Part shown: piece after piece, positions 24,448-38,468 of the stretch
How positions within the stretch are numbered: position 1 is the stretch's first letter
Layout of the letters: each line of letters opens with the position of its first letter
Assembly (NCBI GenBank): GCA_030390025.1
Contig: CM059431.1
Span: forward strand, 145,702,001-145,766,000
Source of the DNA: Squalus acanthias
Taxonomy: Eukaryota
Direction: 5' to 3'
DNA: 64,000 nucleotides
Made by a program: the position numbers and the translations under genes
The notes under the pieces: generated by a model
Told to the model about the DNA's origin: nothing
The model's database searches: none
What the model saw: the letters and a program-made list of their open reading frames with translations, nothing else

Positions 24448-24520
24448 GGTGCAAGATTATCATGCATTAATTGGATTTTAGAATATTGATTTAATATCTT
24501 ATAATAATAAACATCTATAA

Positions 24521-25557
24521 TCATAGAATCATAGAATGGTTACAGCACAGAAGGAGGCCATTCTGCCCGTCGAGCCCGTGCTGGCTCTATGCAAGCGCAC
24601 TTAGCTACTCCCACTCGCCCGCCCTTTCCCCGCAGCCCTGCAATTTTTTCCCGTCAGGTACTTATCCAATTCCATTTTGAAAGCCCCGATTGAATCTGCA
24701 TCCACCAGCCTTCCAGGCAGTGCATTCCATATCCTAACCACTCGCTTCATAAAAAAGTTATTTCTCTTGTCGCTTTTGGTCCTTTTGCCAATCATCTTGA
24801 ATCTATATCTTCTGGTTCATTGACCCTTCCACCAATGGGAGCAGTTTCTCACTATCTGCTCCATCTAGATCCCTCATGATTTTGAATATATCTGTCAAAT
24901 CTCATTTCAACCTTCTCTGCTGTAAGGGGAACAACCCCAGTGTTTCTAGTCTATCCACGTAACTGAAGTCCCTCGTCCCTGGAATCAATCTCGCAATTCT
25001 TTTCTGCAACATCTCTAAGGCCTTCACATCCTTCCTAAAGTGCGGCGCCCAGAATTGGACACAATACTCCAGTTTATGCAGAACCAGTGTTTTATAAAGG
25101 TTCATTATAACTTCCTTGCTTTTGTACTCTATTCCTTCATTTATGAAGCCCAGGATCCCGTATGTTTCTTTAACCGCTTTCTGAACCTGCCCTGCCACCT
25201 TCAACTATTTGTGCACATATACCCTCAGGTCACGCTATTCATGCACCCATTTTACAATTGTACCCTTTAGTTTATATTGCTTCTCCTCGTTCTTCCTACC
25301 AAAATGTATCACTTCGCACTTTTCTGCGGTAAATTTAATCTGCCACATGTCCGCCCATTTCACCAGCCTGTCTATGTCTTCTTCAAGTTTATCACTATCC
25401 TCCTCACTGTTCACTATACTTGCAAGTTTTGTGTGATCTGCAAATTTTGAAATTGTTTCCTGTATACCCAAGTCCAAGTCATTAATATATATCAAGAAAA
25501 GCAGTGGTCATTGTACCGACCTCTGGGGAACAACGCTGTATAACTCCCTCCAGTCCA
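24521..25557 (-). mobile_element. CR1 3' fragment
   Basis: YINDLD, FADHTKL, LEYCVQFW; ATCATAGAATCATAGAA tail. Confidence 0.88.
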
Positions 25558-25564
25558 ATCATCT

Positions 25565-26380
25565 GTAATGAGTTTATAATCATGTGTATGAATTAAATGT
25601 AGAAATCTGTTATCATCATTTTTATGCAATGGTAAGCTGAATTATATATGATATGTAATCATTTTTCTGATAATTAAAAGTATGTACATATGCTGCAACC
25701 AGACAGCCTGTGTGAGAAAGAGGATTGCTATAGCCGAATAGGAAGGCTGTGTTTGAAAGGTGGGTATTAGCCACAGTAAGGATGATACATAGAGAGCAAC
25801 TAGCCTGGGAAGCAAGGTCAGGTGTAGCTGCCACTGTGCTGGGATGTTATGATGTCTGCAGTGAAACTAAAACAGAAGCCTTTCACAGAAACAGCAACGA
25901 CGCCATATCTCTGCACTCTGGAGACATGTTCCGTTGTATTGCCATAACTACCCCAAATATGAGTCTTGTTGTTCAAAAACAGTTGATATAATATTCTCAT
26001 AAGTATAGAACCTGCGTAAGCCAAGTTGGTGCGGACGTGGCATCACTGTGATTGGATTTGGGGTTTTTTGGGTGCCAACCAACGATTGTTTCAGTAAGAC
26101 TCCAAAAGGTTTTGAGTGAGAGTAAGGGTATAACAAAGGTATCTTAACAGACATAAAGTGTAGAAGATTTCAGGAAGATTCAAGGAGAAACCGGGGAGAA
26201 AAAGAGAGAAGAGAGACCAGAGACACAGGGTGCATCAAAATAAGGATTTCGCTTTTAGAAAAGGATAACGGAGTCATGTAAGCCTCCAGTGTCCTCTGTA
26301 AACTGCTCATCGCATACTGTAATGTATTAAGCCTTGATTGTGCTGAATAAAGATAAATTACTGTCCCCAGTACGGTTCAA
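25565..26380 (+). mobile_element. Possible solo or truncated LTR of an unrelated family
   Basis: Starts TGTAATG, non-coding, AATAAA near 26345, lies between LINE fragments; no partner and no clear CA end or TSD. Confidence 0.3.
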
Positions 26381-26384
26381 CCTC

Positions 26385-27640
26385 GATGGCCCGGCATATC
26401 CATCACTCTGCCATTAACATCAAGCCAGGGGAACATCCCTGTTTTAATGAAGTGTGTAGAAGTGCATGCCAGGAGCAGCACCAGACGTAGCTGAAAATGT
26501 GGTGCCAATCTGGTGAAGCTAAAACACAGGACTACATGCATGCTAAATCGCGGTGCCACATGCTAATGACTGAGCTAAACACCCCACAACCAATGGATCA
26601 GATCAAATCTCTGCAGTCCTGCCACATCAAGTCATGAATGGCTGTGGACAATTAAACAACTAACCGGAGGAGATGGCTCCATGAACATCCCCATCCTCAA
26701 TGATGGCAGAGCCCAGCAAGGACTTAGATAATTGCAGTGAGACTTATTTACTCTTATATTCCAATCCTTTTGTAATCAAAGCTAATATACCATTTGCTTA
26801 CCTAATTGCTTGCTGCACCTGCAGGTTAACTTGCAGTGTACAAGGACACCCAGTTTACTATGAATTCCAACATGACCCGATCTCTCACCAGTTAAAAGTA
26901 TTCTGTTTTTCTATTTTTCTGACCAAATTGAATAACTTCACAGTTCTCGATATTATATTCCATCTGCCATGTTCTTTCCCACTCACTTAACCTGTCTATA
27001 TCGCTTTGCATCATCTTTGCATCTGCCTCACACCTTACTTTCACACCCAACTTTGTATCATCAGCAAACTCGGATCCATTTGACATATTTGAGCCTCCAA
27101 TTCATTCAATTTGTTTCTTACACCCCATACGTTAGTATATAAAACACTTACTTGACCTGATGCCCTCTTTCTTACACCGTTCAACTTAACACCTTTCTTA
27201 CGTGACTCGCCTGCTGTAACTACTTTAGTTACTTTAGTATTCTCTTCACTTGTATATCACGTGGTGAACTGAAATCTGCTCGTATCCTTTTATATCGCCC
27301 AATTATACTTTTTACGCTTGTTTATGACTGAGCCCTCGCCCACACCATTTAATTGTTTAATGTCCATTTTTGACACGCTCTTTATCCTTTACACTAGGAC
27401 CTTGGTTTCAGCCCTGAAATGGAACCGCTCCCTCCCACATCACTCAATCAGCCACGTGTTCATCTTTCTCATTTGTTTGCCTCTGTGACAATTAGCACGT
27501 GGCCCGGGTACTGTTCCTGAGATTAGTACCCTTGAAGACCTGGTTTTTAATTTAGCTCCTCACTCCACATACACCCTCAGCAAGAACGCGTCCCTTTTTT
27601 GCCATGTCTTACTGGTCCCGACATGAACCACGATGAACCT
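26385..27640. mobile_element. Cluster of old LINE fragments (family-2 plus 26385-26720; CR1 RT minus 26730-27090; CR1 ORF1 minus ~27420-27640)
   Basis: FADDTKLG...WQMEYN in ORF 26892-27086; similarity to other LINE copies in the window. Confidence 0.65.
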
Positions 27641-29433
27641 CGCTTTCCAAATTCAATTGCAGCTGCATCGAGCTGTCTCTTGTCGTCGCATCAGCTTATG
27701 GGTAAACGGCGGCAATGAGCCCGGGAATTTCCGATAATACTCCCTGTCTGTGTGAGGCCCCGCTCGGGGAGGGAAATTCCGCAACATCCGCAAAAACTGT
27801 CACGCAAGTTACACCAGAAATAGCTGTAGCCCCAGTTTAAGGGGAAATAAAGTGAGAGGCTGTTCTATGCTTTAAATTAGGAGTGCAGGAATATTTAAAA
27901 CTTGTAACGGGACAGAATAGACTCACATTGTTTCATAACATCCAGTGGGACGGATTTTACAGCAGCAGTTAGCATCGGTTCCAACTGCAATTTGCAATTT
28001 AATATTGAATCTGCCCCCAACACCATTTCAGGTGTTGCATACCCGATCACAAAAACTCGTGCAAAAAAATGTTTCCTGATGCCGCCTCTGGTTCTTCTGT
28101 CAATTGCCTTGAAATTCGCAAAAGAGTTTGGAACAGGGCGGGCGAATTCGTTTGGAGCTATTTGCTCCTGTGGACGATAATGAAAGCCATTGACTGGTTG
28201 GGCGGAATTGATTGAATCCGTATTGTAACATCGATGTATTGTTGTGTACATTGAGGTCTCACGGTTTAGCATCAGTATTAGGACTCTGGGAAAATGATTG
28301 TGGATCTCAGTATCTTATAGCACTGAGGCCAGACCTGCGATCAGGCAGAACTAGGAATGTGGCTTAAATGTTTGTTAACACAGAGAACGGCTCTGTATGA
28401 AATATGAAACGTGGCTTTATAGGATCCAGAAATTCAAACAACTCAGAATGTACTTGTGCCTTTGAAAGATTTATTCAACTGTTCAGAGGTTAAAAATATT
28501 CATGTAAACCCAAGTTTTTGAGACTTGCTGAGGCTTTGATGGTTAATCTTCATGGAAGGCCCTAAAACAAATATTTAATACAATGCAATCATTAGATTTA
28601 ATGAAGTTGATGCGAACATGATTTTTTGTTTTTATTTAGAACATTATTTTGAAGATTAGACATTTCAGTTACGGAAAAAATGACAGACATTATTTTCAAC
28701 AAGCTCTTTGATTGGTTGATCAAGAATCTTGTTCCTGTGCTGGCTCTGTGAAAGAGCCTCCTTTAAGTCCCACTCCCATGCTCCTTCCCCATAGCTCTGC
28801 ACATTTTCCCCTTCAATTATTTATGCAATTCATTTTGAAAGTTAACTTTGAAACTGCTTCCACCATCTTTTCAAAGCACTGCATCCCAGATCATAACAAA
28901 TTGTTGTGAGAGACAAAATCACCTCATCTCCCCTCCGACTCAATCGCTAATTCCCTTAAAAATAAACCACTTTACGTTTCCTGAATTTATATTATTATCT
29001 ATTTTCATAAATCGACATAAATGGCAACTTCAAAAGCAGAGATATGGATTTGGCTTTTCCGTGGTATAGTTCGAGGAGCTGGGAGACGTCAAACTGAGGC
29101 TCCACAGCACCACCATAGGAAGGATCCTGTAATTACAGCATGGCCCGTTCATCCAGGAGGTATCCTTAATAAAAGTGAAGAGAATGGAGTAAATGATTGT
29201 AGATGTACAAATTCCAATATAGGTCAGGTAAACCTAACACCTTGTCACATCTCCCAGAAATATGTTAAAGCGCTTGACACAGATTATATTGGAGGTGCAG
29301 TGAGCATTAGGCCTGCACACCACCAGCAACTGTTATGGTATCAGTTATGGGTCTAATGATGCTTCACAATAAAGGAATTGGGGCAAGTGATATTTGGAGG
29401 GGCTCAGGACAAGGCTCTTCATGGTGGCCTCCT

Positions 29434-30387
29434 TCACGTATCTCCAGGGCAGTCCTCAGTTGCCGCATCTGCCAGTGCTTTCCAGTAGATCAGCATCTCG
29501 TAGGGTTTCACCCTGTGAGAAGCCACGAGTTTCCGAAAGGTACAAACAGAAAACGGGACCTTTGAGTCCTGGTTTATTTTGCGCGAGTGGATTTCCACCG
29601 GCTCTATATTTAACTTAGCCAGGCAGAGACCGATGAAAACGTCCTCGAGTTTCAATTTCCGGACGCTCTTCGAAACGTTCCAAACTCGGTAGGCGACATC
29701 GGTCGAGAGCACGTACCCAGTGCCGGAGCAGTATGGCGGATACCTTTCCAAAGGGTATTCCTCTTAACTCACGTACCATTTACTGGATTTGTCCCTGATG
29801 GGTCTTGGGTGTCTCAGTATGTAACCGGTGAAGATATTCCTGCGACTGGTTCGTGACAAGAGCTCTCTCATAAAATCAACGTTGACAAACATGTCTGAAT
29901 CAGTTTTCATCACAAAGGAGGCGGACGGACAAAACTGGCTCACCCATTCCAGGCCCATCAGCACCTTGGTGGTCAGGTTGTAATAAGTTTCGCCGAACTC
30001 TTTCTGTATGATGTCTTTGTGTAGCAAACCTTCCTCTAGCAGATGCTGCTGATGCTCCCGGCTGTACCCGAGCAGGAAGTAGGTCACTACCCTCTTGCCA
30101 TGTGTTGACCGCTCTCTACCCCAGGTCTGCCGAATGGCCGAGCGAGCTTCGAACTGCTCCTGGACACTGGTGATGAGAAGGACCAGGGATGGGGGACCGA
30201 CGCCACACCTGCTGTCGGGTCGCATTAAGAAGGAGGCATCATTTAACTCCGGGTGATGTGAATGTTCAGAAATGTTGCGGCTTAAATATCCGAGTCTAAT
30301 AAGTATCAGCAAAAGGGACACGCAATCAAATGAACGTATCTTTGGACGTAAGTTAAAACAACATGTATAACCAGAAAATATCTTCAT
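29434..30387 (-). pseudogene. Beta-1,3-galactosyltransferase (GT31; B3GALT5/B3GALT1/2-like) with an in-frame TAA at 29764-29766
   Basis: ARSAIRQTWG, YFLLG, DIIQ, YYNLTTKVLMG, FVMKTDSDMFVN, KWYVS*EEYP, YPPYCSGTGYV, LEDVFIGLC; acceptor TTTTACAG at 30400-30407 just upstream of the ATG. Confidence 0.9.
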
Positions 30388-30669
30388 ATTTTGAATCACC
30401 TGTAAAATAAAATAAACACATTGATTATGGTGGAATCCGGGTAATGCAAAGGGAGACACTTTCCATTTTAAGATTATTTGGCTGTATCAAGTGCATAGAA
30501 ATAGGAGGAGACCATTCAGCCCCTCTAACATGTTCTGCCATTCAATTAGATCATGTCTGATCTGTATCTGAACCCCATTTACCGACCGTGAAAAACTAAT
30601 CCTTAATGCCCTTACCCAACATAAAGTATATCAACTCAGATTTGTAGCCTTCATTGACCCCAGCATCAA

Positions 30670-32865
30670 CAACTGTTAGATTTAAGGTAGTTATGGAAAA
30701 GGACATATATAGATCAGGAATAAAAATTCCCAATTGGGAAACAGCTGATTTTGCTACGCTCAGAGGGGATTTAGCCATAGTTGAATGGAAAGAGCTACGT
30801 GAAGGTAAATCAGTGTCAGAGCAGTGGGAGGCGTTCAAGGATGAGATCCGGAGGGTTCAGACCAAATCTGTGGCCTTAAAGGAAAAAGGTGTGGCTAACA
30901 AATCTAGAGCCTCCTGGATGTCTAGGGACATACAGGGTAGGATAAAGAAAATAAGGGAGGCTATGACAGATAACGAGTGCTAAATACTCCATAATCTTTA
31001 GAGGAGAACAGAAAGTGCAGGTTGCAATTACAAACGACATTAGGAAAGCAAAGAGACAGCATGAAAAATTATTGGCCATTAAAATCAAGGAAAACGAAAA
31101 GATGTTTTATAAATATACTAAGAGTGAGAGCATGACTAAATAAAGGGTAGGGACTATTAGAGATAATGAGGGTAATCTGTGTGTAGAGGCGGGGGACGTC
31201 AGTGGCGTTCTGAATGAATAATTTGCGCCTGTTTTCACAAAGGAGAGGGGCAAAGCAGACATTGCTATCAGGGGGGAGGAGTGCAGAATAATAGATGAAA
31301 TATACATTGTGAGAGAGGAAGTATTAAGGGGTTTAGCAGGTTTTAAAATGGATAAATCCCCAGTCCCGCATGAAATGTATCCCAGGCTGTTAAGCGAAGC
31401 AAAAGAGGAAGTAGCAGAGGCCCTGACCATCATTTTCCAACCCTCTCTGGCTTCAGGTGTGATGCCGGAGGACTGCTAATGTGGTACCTTTGCTTAAAAA
31501 GGGAGAAAAGGATATACCGAGTAATTACAGGCCAGTCAGCCTAACCTCGGTGGTGGGAAAATTATTGGAAGGAATTCTGAAGGGCAGGATAAATCTTCGT
31601 TTAGAAAGACACGGATTAATCAAGGATAGTCAGCACGGATTTGCTAAGGGAAGGTCGTGTCTGACAAACTTGATTGCATTTTTTGAGGAAGTAACAAGGT
31701 GGGAAGATGCGAGTAGTGCGTTGGATGTATTGTATATGGATTTTAGCAATGCTTTTGATAAGGTTCCACATGGCAGACTGGTCACAACGTTAAAAGCCTA
31801 TGGGATCCAGGGCGAAATGTCAAATTGGATTCAAAACTGGCACGGAGTTAGGAAGCAGAGGGTAACGGTTGATGGAAGTTTTTGTGACTAGAAGGCAGTT
31901 TCCAGTGGGGTTCCACAGGGCTCAGTCCGAGGTCCCTTTGCTTTTTGTGGTAAATGTCAATGTTCTAGACTATCGGGGGTATGATTAAGAAGTTTGCAGA
32001 AGGAACTAAAATCGGCTGTGTGGTTGATACTGAAGAAGGAAGCTGTAGACTGCAGGAAGATACAAATCAATTGGTCAGGTGGGCAGAACAGTGGCAAATG
32101 GAATTCAATCCGGAGAAATGTGAGGTTATGCATTTGGGGAGGGCGAACAAGGAAAGGGAATGCACATTAAATGGAAGGACACTAAGTCGTGTAGTGGAAC
32201 AAAGGGACCTTGGAGTGCATGTCCACAGATCCCTGAAGGTAGCAGGCCAGGTAGAAAAGGTGGTTAAGAATGCATACGGTATGATTGCCTTTATTCGCCG
32301 TGGCATAGAATACAAGAGCAGGGGGGTTATGCTTCATCTGTATAAAACACTAGTTAGGCCTCAGCTAGAGTTATGCGTGTAGTTCTGGTCACCACATTAC
32401 AGGAAAGATGTGATTGCACTGGAGAGGGTACAGAGGAGATTTACAAGGTTGTTGCCGAGAGTAGAGAATCTTAGCTATGAGAAAAGATTGGATAGGCTGG
32501 GTTTGTTTTCCTTGGAACAGAGGGGGCTGAGGGGAGACCTTATTAAAATGTATAAAATTAAGAGCGGCTTTGATAAAGTGGATAGAAAGGTAATTGGTGG
32601 AAGGTTTACAGAGGATTTGAGGGGGAATTTCTTCACACAGTGGTTTATGGGGGGCTGGAACTCACTGCCTGAAAAGGTGGTAGAGGCAAAAACCATAACC
32701 ACATTTATAAAGTACTTGAATGTGCACTTGGGATGCTATAAACTGCAGGACTACGGACCAAGAGCTAGGAAGTGGGATTAATCTGGTGAGCTCTTTGTTG
32801 GCCGGCGTCGACACGATGGGCAGAAATGTCCTCCTTCCATGCTGTAACTTTCTATTATTCTATGT
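30670..32865 (+). mobile_element. 5'-truncated CR1 LINE with internal deletions
   Basis: NYRPVSLTSVVGK, QHGF, FDKVPH; tail TTCTATTATTCTATG. Confidence 0.9.
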
Positions 32866-32866
32866 A

Positions 32867-33870
32867 TTCCCCAGAGGTCGTTACTAGGACCACAGCTTTT
32901 CTTGATATATATTAATGACTTGGACTTGGCTATACAGGGAACAATTTCAAAATTTGCAGATGACACAAAACCTGCAAGTTTAGTGAACAGTGAGGAGGAT
33001 AGTGTTGGACTTCAAACAGACATAGACAGGCTGGTGAAATGGGCGGACACGTGGCAGATGAAATTTAACGCAGAAAAGTGCGAAGTGATACATTTTGGTA
33101 AGAAGAACGAGCAGATGCAATATAAACTAAAGCGTACAATTCGAAAGTGAGTGCATGAATAGAGAGACTTGAGGGTATATGTGCACAAATCGTTGAAGGT
33201 GGCAGGGCAGGTTGAGAAAGCGGTTAAAATAACATACGGGATACTGGGCTTCGTAAATAGAGGCATAGAGTACAAAAGCAAGGAAGTTATAATGAACCTT
33301 TAACAAACACTGGTTCGGCATGAACTGGAGTATTGTGTCCAATTCTGGGCGCCGCACTTTAGCAAGGATGTGAAGTCCTTAGAGATGATGCAGAACAGAT
33401 TTCCAAGCATGATTCCAGTGACGAGGAACTTCATTTACGTGGATAGACTAGAAAAGCTGAGGTTGTTCTCCTTAGAGCAGAGAAGGTTGCAAGGAGATTT
33501 GATAGATATATTCAAAATCAAGAGGGGTCTAGACAGAGTAGATAGAGAGAAACTGTTCCCATTGGCGGAAGAGTCGAGAACCAGAAGACACGGATTTAAG
33601 GTGATTGGCAAAACAACGAAAAGCGATATGAGAAATATCTTTTTTATGCCGCGAGTGGTTAGGATATGGAATGCACTACCTGAAAGGCTGGTGGAGGCAG
33701 ATTCAATCGGGGCTTTCAAAATGGAATTGGAAAAGTACCTGAAGGAAAAAATTGCTGGGCTACGGGGAAAGGGCGGGCGAGTGGAAGTTAGCTGAAGTGC
33801 GATTGCGGAGAGCCAGCACAGGCTCGGCGGGCCGAATGGCCTCCTTCTGTTCTGTAACCTAACTATGATT
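32867..33870 (+). mobile_element. CR1 3' fragment (mirror of 24521-25530)
   Basis: YINDLD, FADDTK; ORFs 32902-33150 and 33370-33795. Confidence 0.88.
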
Positions 33871-33944
33871 ATAAGATATTTATTATTATAAGATACTAAA
33901 TCAATATTCTAAAATGCAATTAATGCATGATAATCTTGCACCAC

Positions 33945-36925
33945 GACTTTACAGAATGTGATGGTATACAATTTTGTTGCTGCTGATAGCCCAGAGCGAC
34001 TCGTAGAAGCTAAGTTTTGAGCTGCTAAATCTGTTCTGAATCATTTAGCAAGGGGATAGTGCCACACAACACGTTGGAGGTTCTCCGCAGTGTATAGACG
34101 TCACTTCGTCTCAACAAGAACTGTGCGGTGGTCACTCCTAAATATACTGCCATGGACAGATGCCTGTGCGACAGGTAGATTGTTGAGGACGCGGTCAAGT
34201 AGGTTTTCCCCCGTTGTTGCTTCTCTCACCTCCTGCCCCAAGCCCAGTCTGGCAGCTATGTCCTTCTGGAGTCGGCCAACTCGGTCAGTAGTGGGGCTAT
34301 TGAGACAGTTTTGGGCATTTGAGTCCGCCTCCCAGAGAACATTCTGTGTCATTGCTAACATCAGTGCTTCTTCCAAGTGGTGTTCAACATAAAAGAGTAC
34401 TTCTTCCTCACTGACGGATGTCGGTAGGTGATAATCAGCATGAGGTTCCCTTGCCCATGCATGACCTGATGGCATGAGACTTCATGAGGTCCGAAGTAAA
34501 TGTAGAATACTCCCAGTACCACACCTTCACGACTGTATACCACTGTGTTGGCACCTCTTGGAGGTCTGTCCTGGTGGTGGGACAGCACATACCCAGAGAT
34601 AGTGATGGAGGAACCTTGGACGTTGGCTGCCGGACTGGGCTTTTGACAGGTGGTGAGAGAACAATCACGAGGGTAAAAACTACTTGACCTCGTCCTCACC
34701 ATCTACCTGTTGCAGATGCATCTGACCATGACTGCATTGCTAGCAGTGAAAGGGCACAGTCCTTGTGGAAATGGAATCCCCTGCTAAATGGGATAGATTC
34801 AGAAAAGATCTAGCAGCTCAAAGCCGGGCTCCGTGAGGCACGTGGGCCATCAGCAGCAGCAGCATTGTATTCCACCTGAATCTGTAAACTCATGGTGCGG
34901 CATATCCCTCACTCTACTGTTACCATCAAGCCAGGGGACTAACCCTGGTTCAATGAAGAGTGTAGAAGAGCATGCCAGGAGCAGCACCAGGCGTATCTTA
35001 AAAATAAGCTTCCAACCTGGGGAAGCTGAAACACAGGACAACATGCATATTAAACAACGGAGGCACATTGCTATAGAAAGAGCTCCGCGATCCCACACCT
35101 AACGCATCAGATAAAGTTCTGCAGTCCTGCCACATCCAGTCATTAATGGTGGTGAATAATTAAACAAATAATAGGAGGAGGAAGGTCAATTAATTTCCCC
35201 ATTCTTAATGATGACGACGGAGCCAAGCATGGGAGTGCAAAAGACAATGCAGAAGCGTTCGCAACCATCTTCAGCCGGTATTGCCGAGTTGATGATCCAT
35301 CTCGGCCTGCTCCTGAGGTCGCCACCATCATAATGTCATTTTCAGTTTATTCGATTCACACTCACGTAACATCAAAAAACGACTGAGCGCGCTGGATACG
35401 GCAAAGGCTGTGGCCCGACACCACCACGGCTGTGGTACTGCAGATTTGTGCTCCAGATCCAGCTGCACTTCAAGCCAAACTGTTTCAGTGCAACTACAAC
35501 ACTGGCATGTACCGACATAGTGAACAATTACCCCGGAATGTCCTGTCCACAAAAAGCAGGACAAATCAAATTCGCCCAATTACCTTCTCATCACCTTACT
35601 CTCAATTATCAACAAAGTGATGGAAGGTGTCGTCGTCATTTCTATCAAGCATCCCTTGCTGATCAATAACCTGCTAACCGATGTTCAGTTTTGTTCAGCC
35701 AGGATCACATGGCTCCAGATCTCATTACAGCTTTGTCCAAAAATGGAGAAAGGATCAGAATTCCAGAGGTGAGGGAACAGTGATTGCCCCGGACATCAAA
35801 ATGTATTTGACCGAGTGTGACATCCAGCAACCCTGGTAAAATTGATGTAAATGGGGTTCAGGTGGAAAGGACTTCACTGGCTGGAGTCATACCGAGCATA
35901 AAGGAAGATTGTTGCAGGTCAGTCATATCAGCGCCAGAACATCGGTGAAGGATTTCCTCAGGGCAGTGTCCGAGACCCAACCATCTTCAGCAGCTTCATC
36001 ATTGAAGTACCGGCCATCATAAGAACAGAAGAGTCAGGAAGTTCGCGGCTGTTTGCAGAGTGTTCCGTTCTATTCGCAGTTCCTGGGACAATGAAGCCCA
36101 CATGCAGCAAAACCAGGACAACTTGCAGGCTTGGGCTGAAACCATTGCTGACAGACATGTGCCGGGACATGACAAACTCCATAATGAGAGAGTGCAAACA
36201 CCTTCTATTGACATTCAACGACATTACCATCATCGAAACTCCCACCACAAACATCGTAGGGGACACCAATGACCAGAATCCTAACAGTATGAGCCAGATA
36301 AATAATGTGGCTGCAAGACCAGATCAGAGATCGGGTATTCTGCGGCCAGTATCCCAAAAGCTGACTCCCCAGATCCTTTCTCCCATTCACAAGGCACAAT
36401 TCAGGAGTGTGATGGAATACACGCTATTTGCCTGGATGAGTGCAGCTCCAACAACACATAAGAAGCTAAACACCATCCAGGACAAAGCAGCCCCCTTGAT
36501 TGGCACCGATCCACCACTTTAACCATTCACTCCGTCCACCACCGGTGCATTGTGACTGCAGTATGTACCATCTACAAAATGTAATGCAGCAACTCGCCAA
36601 GTTTCTTCGAAAGCACCTTCCAAACATGCAACCTCTGACGCCTGGAAGAACAAGAGCAGCAGGCTTATTGGGAACACCACCACCTGCAAGTTCCCCTCCA
36701 AGTTACACACCATCCAGACTTCGAAATATATCACCGTTCCTTCGTCGTCGTTCAGACAAAATCCTGGAAATCCCTCCCCAACAGAACTGTGGGAGGAACT
36801 TCAACAAATGGACTGCAGTGGTTTAAGAAGGCGGCTCACCACCAAATTCTCAAGGGCAAAAAGGGATGGGCAATAAATGCTGGCCTTGACAGCGACAACA
36901 ACATGCCATGAACAAATAAAAAAAC
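33945..36925. mobile_element. LINE family-2 (minus fragment 33945-34620, plus copy 34620-36925 to the poly(A) end)
   Basis: APE NLLDRVL/SDH motifs, degenerate RT (PQGSV.P), RSVMEY...LNTIQDKA, tail AACAAATAAAAAAA. Confidence 0.78.
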
Positions 36926-38037
36926 ATGTCAACAGCAGTAATGTTGGAGAGGAGTTACCACCCATTAACTTAGAGTATTACCAGCAGTAACTTTTGGGAA
37001 CAGTCACTACCAGCAATATTAGAGACGGATCACCACGAATAATGTTAGATTAGGGTCACCTACAGTAATATTAGAGCTATGTGAGCACCAGTAATATGGT
37101 CGTAGAGCCACCAGAAGTAATGTAACAGTAGGACCAAAGCCATTAATGTTAGAGTAGGGTCACCCCCAGTCATGTAAAAGTAGGGTCACCACCAGTAATG
37201 TTTGAGTAGTGTCACCCCCAGTCATGTTAGTGTCCAGGCAAGAGCAGTAATGTTAGAGCAGGGTCATCACCAGTTTGTTAGAATAGGTGCAACACCAGTA
37301 ATGTTAGAGCAGGTTCACCACCAGTAATGTAAGAGTAGAGTGAACACCAATAAGGTTAGAGTAGAATCACCACCAGTAAAGCTAGCGTGGAGCCACCACC
37401 AGTAATGTTAGAGTAGAGTTACAACCAGTAATGTTAGAGTAGGGTCACCACCAGTAATGTTAGAATAGGGTCACCACCAGTAACGCTAGAGTAGGGTCAC
37501 CACCAGTTATGTTAGAGTAGGGTCACCACCAATAATGTTAGATTAGGGTTACCACCAGTAAGGTTAGAGTAGTGTCACCATCAGTGTTGTCAGAGTAGAG
37601 TAACCACCAGTAATGTTAGAGTAGAGTCACCACCAGTAATGGTAGAGTAGAATCACCACCAGTAATGTTAGTGTAGGGTCACCATCAATAATGTTAGAGT
37701 AGGGTTACCACCAGTAATGTTAGAGTAGGGTCAGCACCAGTGTAGTTAGAGTAGAGTCACCACCAGTAATGTTAGTGTAGGGTCACCACCAATAATATTA
37801 GAATAGGATCAGCACCAGTAATGTTAGAGCAGAATCACCAGCAGTATAGTTGGAGTAGCGTCACCACCAGTAATGTTTGAGTAGAGTCACCACCAGTGAT
37901 GTTAGAGTAGGGTCACCGCCAGTAATGTTAGAGTAGGGTCACCACCAGTAATGTTAGAGTAGGGTCACCACCAGTAATGTTAGTGTAGCGTCACCACCAG
38001 TAATGTTAGAGTAGGGTCACCACCAGTAATGTTAGAG
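36926..38037 (+). repeat. 26-bp satellite array (mirror of 20752-22585, shorter)
   Basis: Tandem 26-nt units. Confidence 0.95.
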
Positions 38038-38468
38038 CCGATTCAATTATTCATCATCACAGTACAAAACAAATTTTAATTATGCAATGGATGAGTAACG
38101 ATTTCACCAAATTAAGATGAGGCTCACAGAAATCAACGCAGTGTCCGGAGGGACGTTTGCTTTATCCTTCAAGGTTTACTGGACACGCGCAGTGTCCATT
38201 TCCTCTGCGATTACTTTCCGTTCATTGAATGTAAACGACGATGTTTCATGGACTAAGCTGTTCAATTTCCCCATTGGCGACCCAGGCGCACTGAAGTTGA
38301 CATTCGCCCCTTGTTTGTTAACTAACTGTAACTAACGCCAATTATTGTGCAACCTGATTATCTCACCGGGCCACCGATTGTTCTATAAAGGGGGCGCATT
38401 TACGGATCTCAGAAACACTCTACTCGGAATCGTAAAGCAGCGCAGAATTCACACAAATCTTCAAAACA

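Larger units (their letters stand above)
16471..25530. repeat. Left arm of a large inverted segmental duplication (partner 32867-42316)
   Basis: Mirror-image ORFs and features, e.g. 17221/41344, 18579/39111, 20253/38345, 23317/34850, 25040/33127. Confidence 0.93.

Noticed and set aside
30388..30459. Extra N-terminus of the B3GALT ORF
   Set aside because: Spans a splice acceptor; the likely start is MKIF at 30385-30387
3745..38037. 26-bp arrays as CRISPR or true telomeric repeats
   Set aside because: No unique spacers, eukaryotic context, and the unit is not (TTAGGG)n
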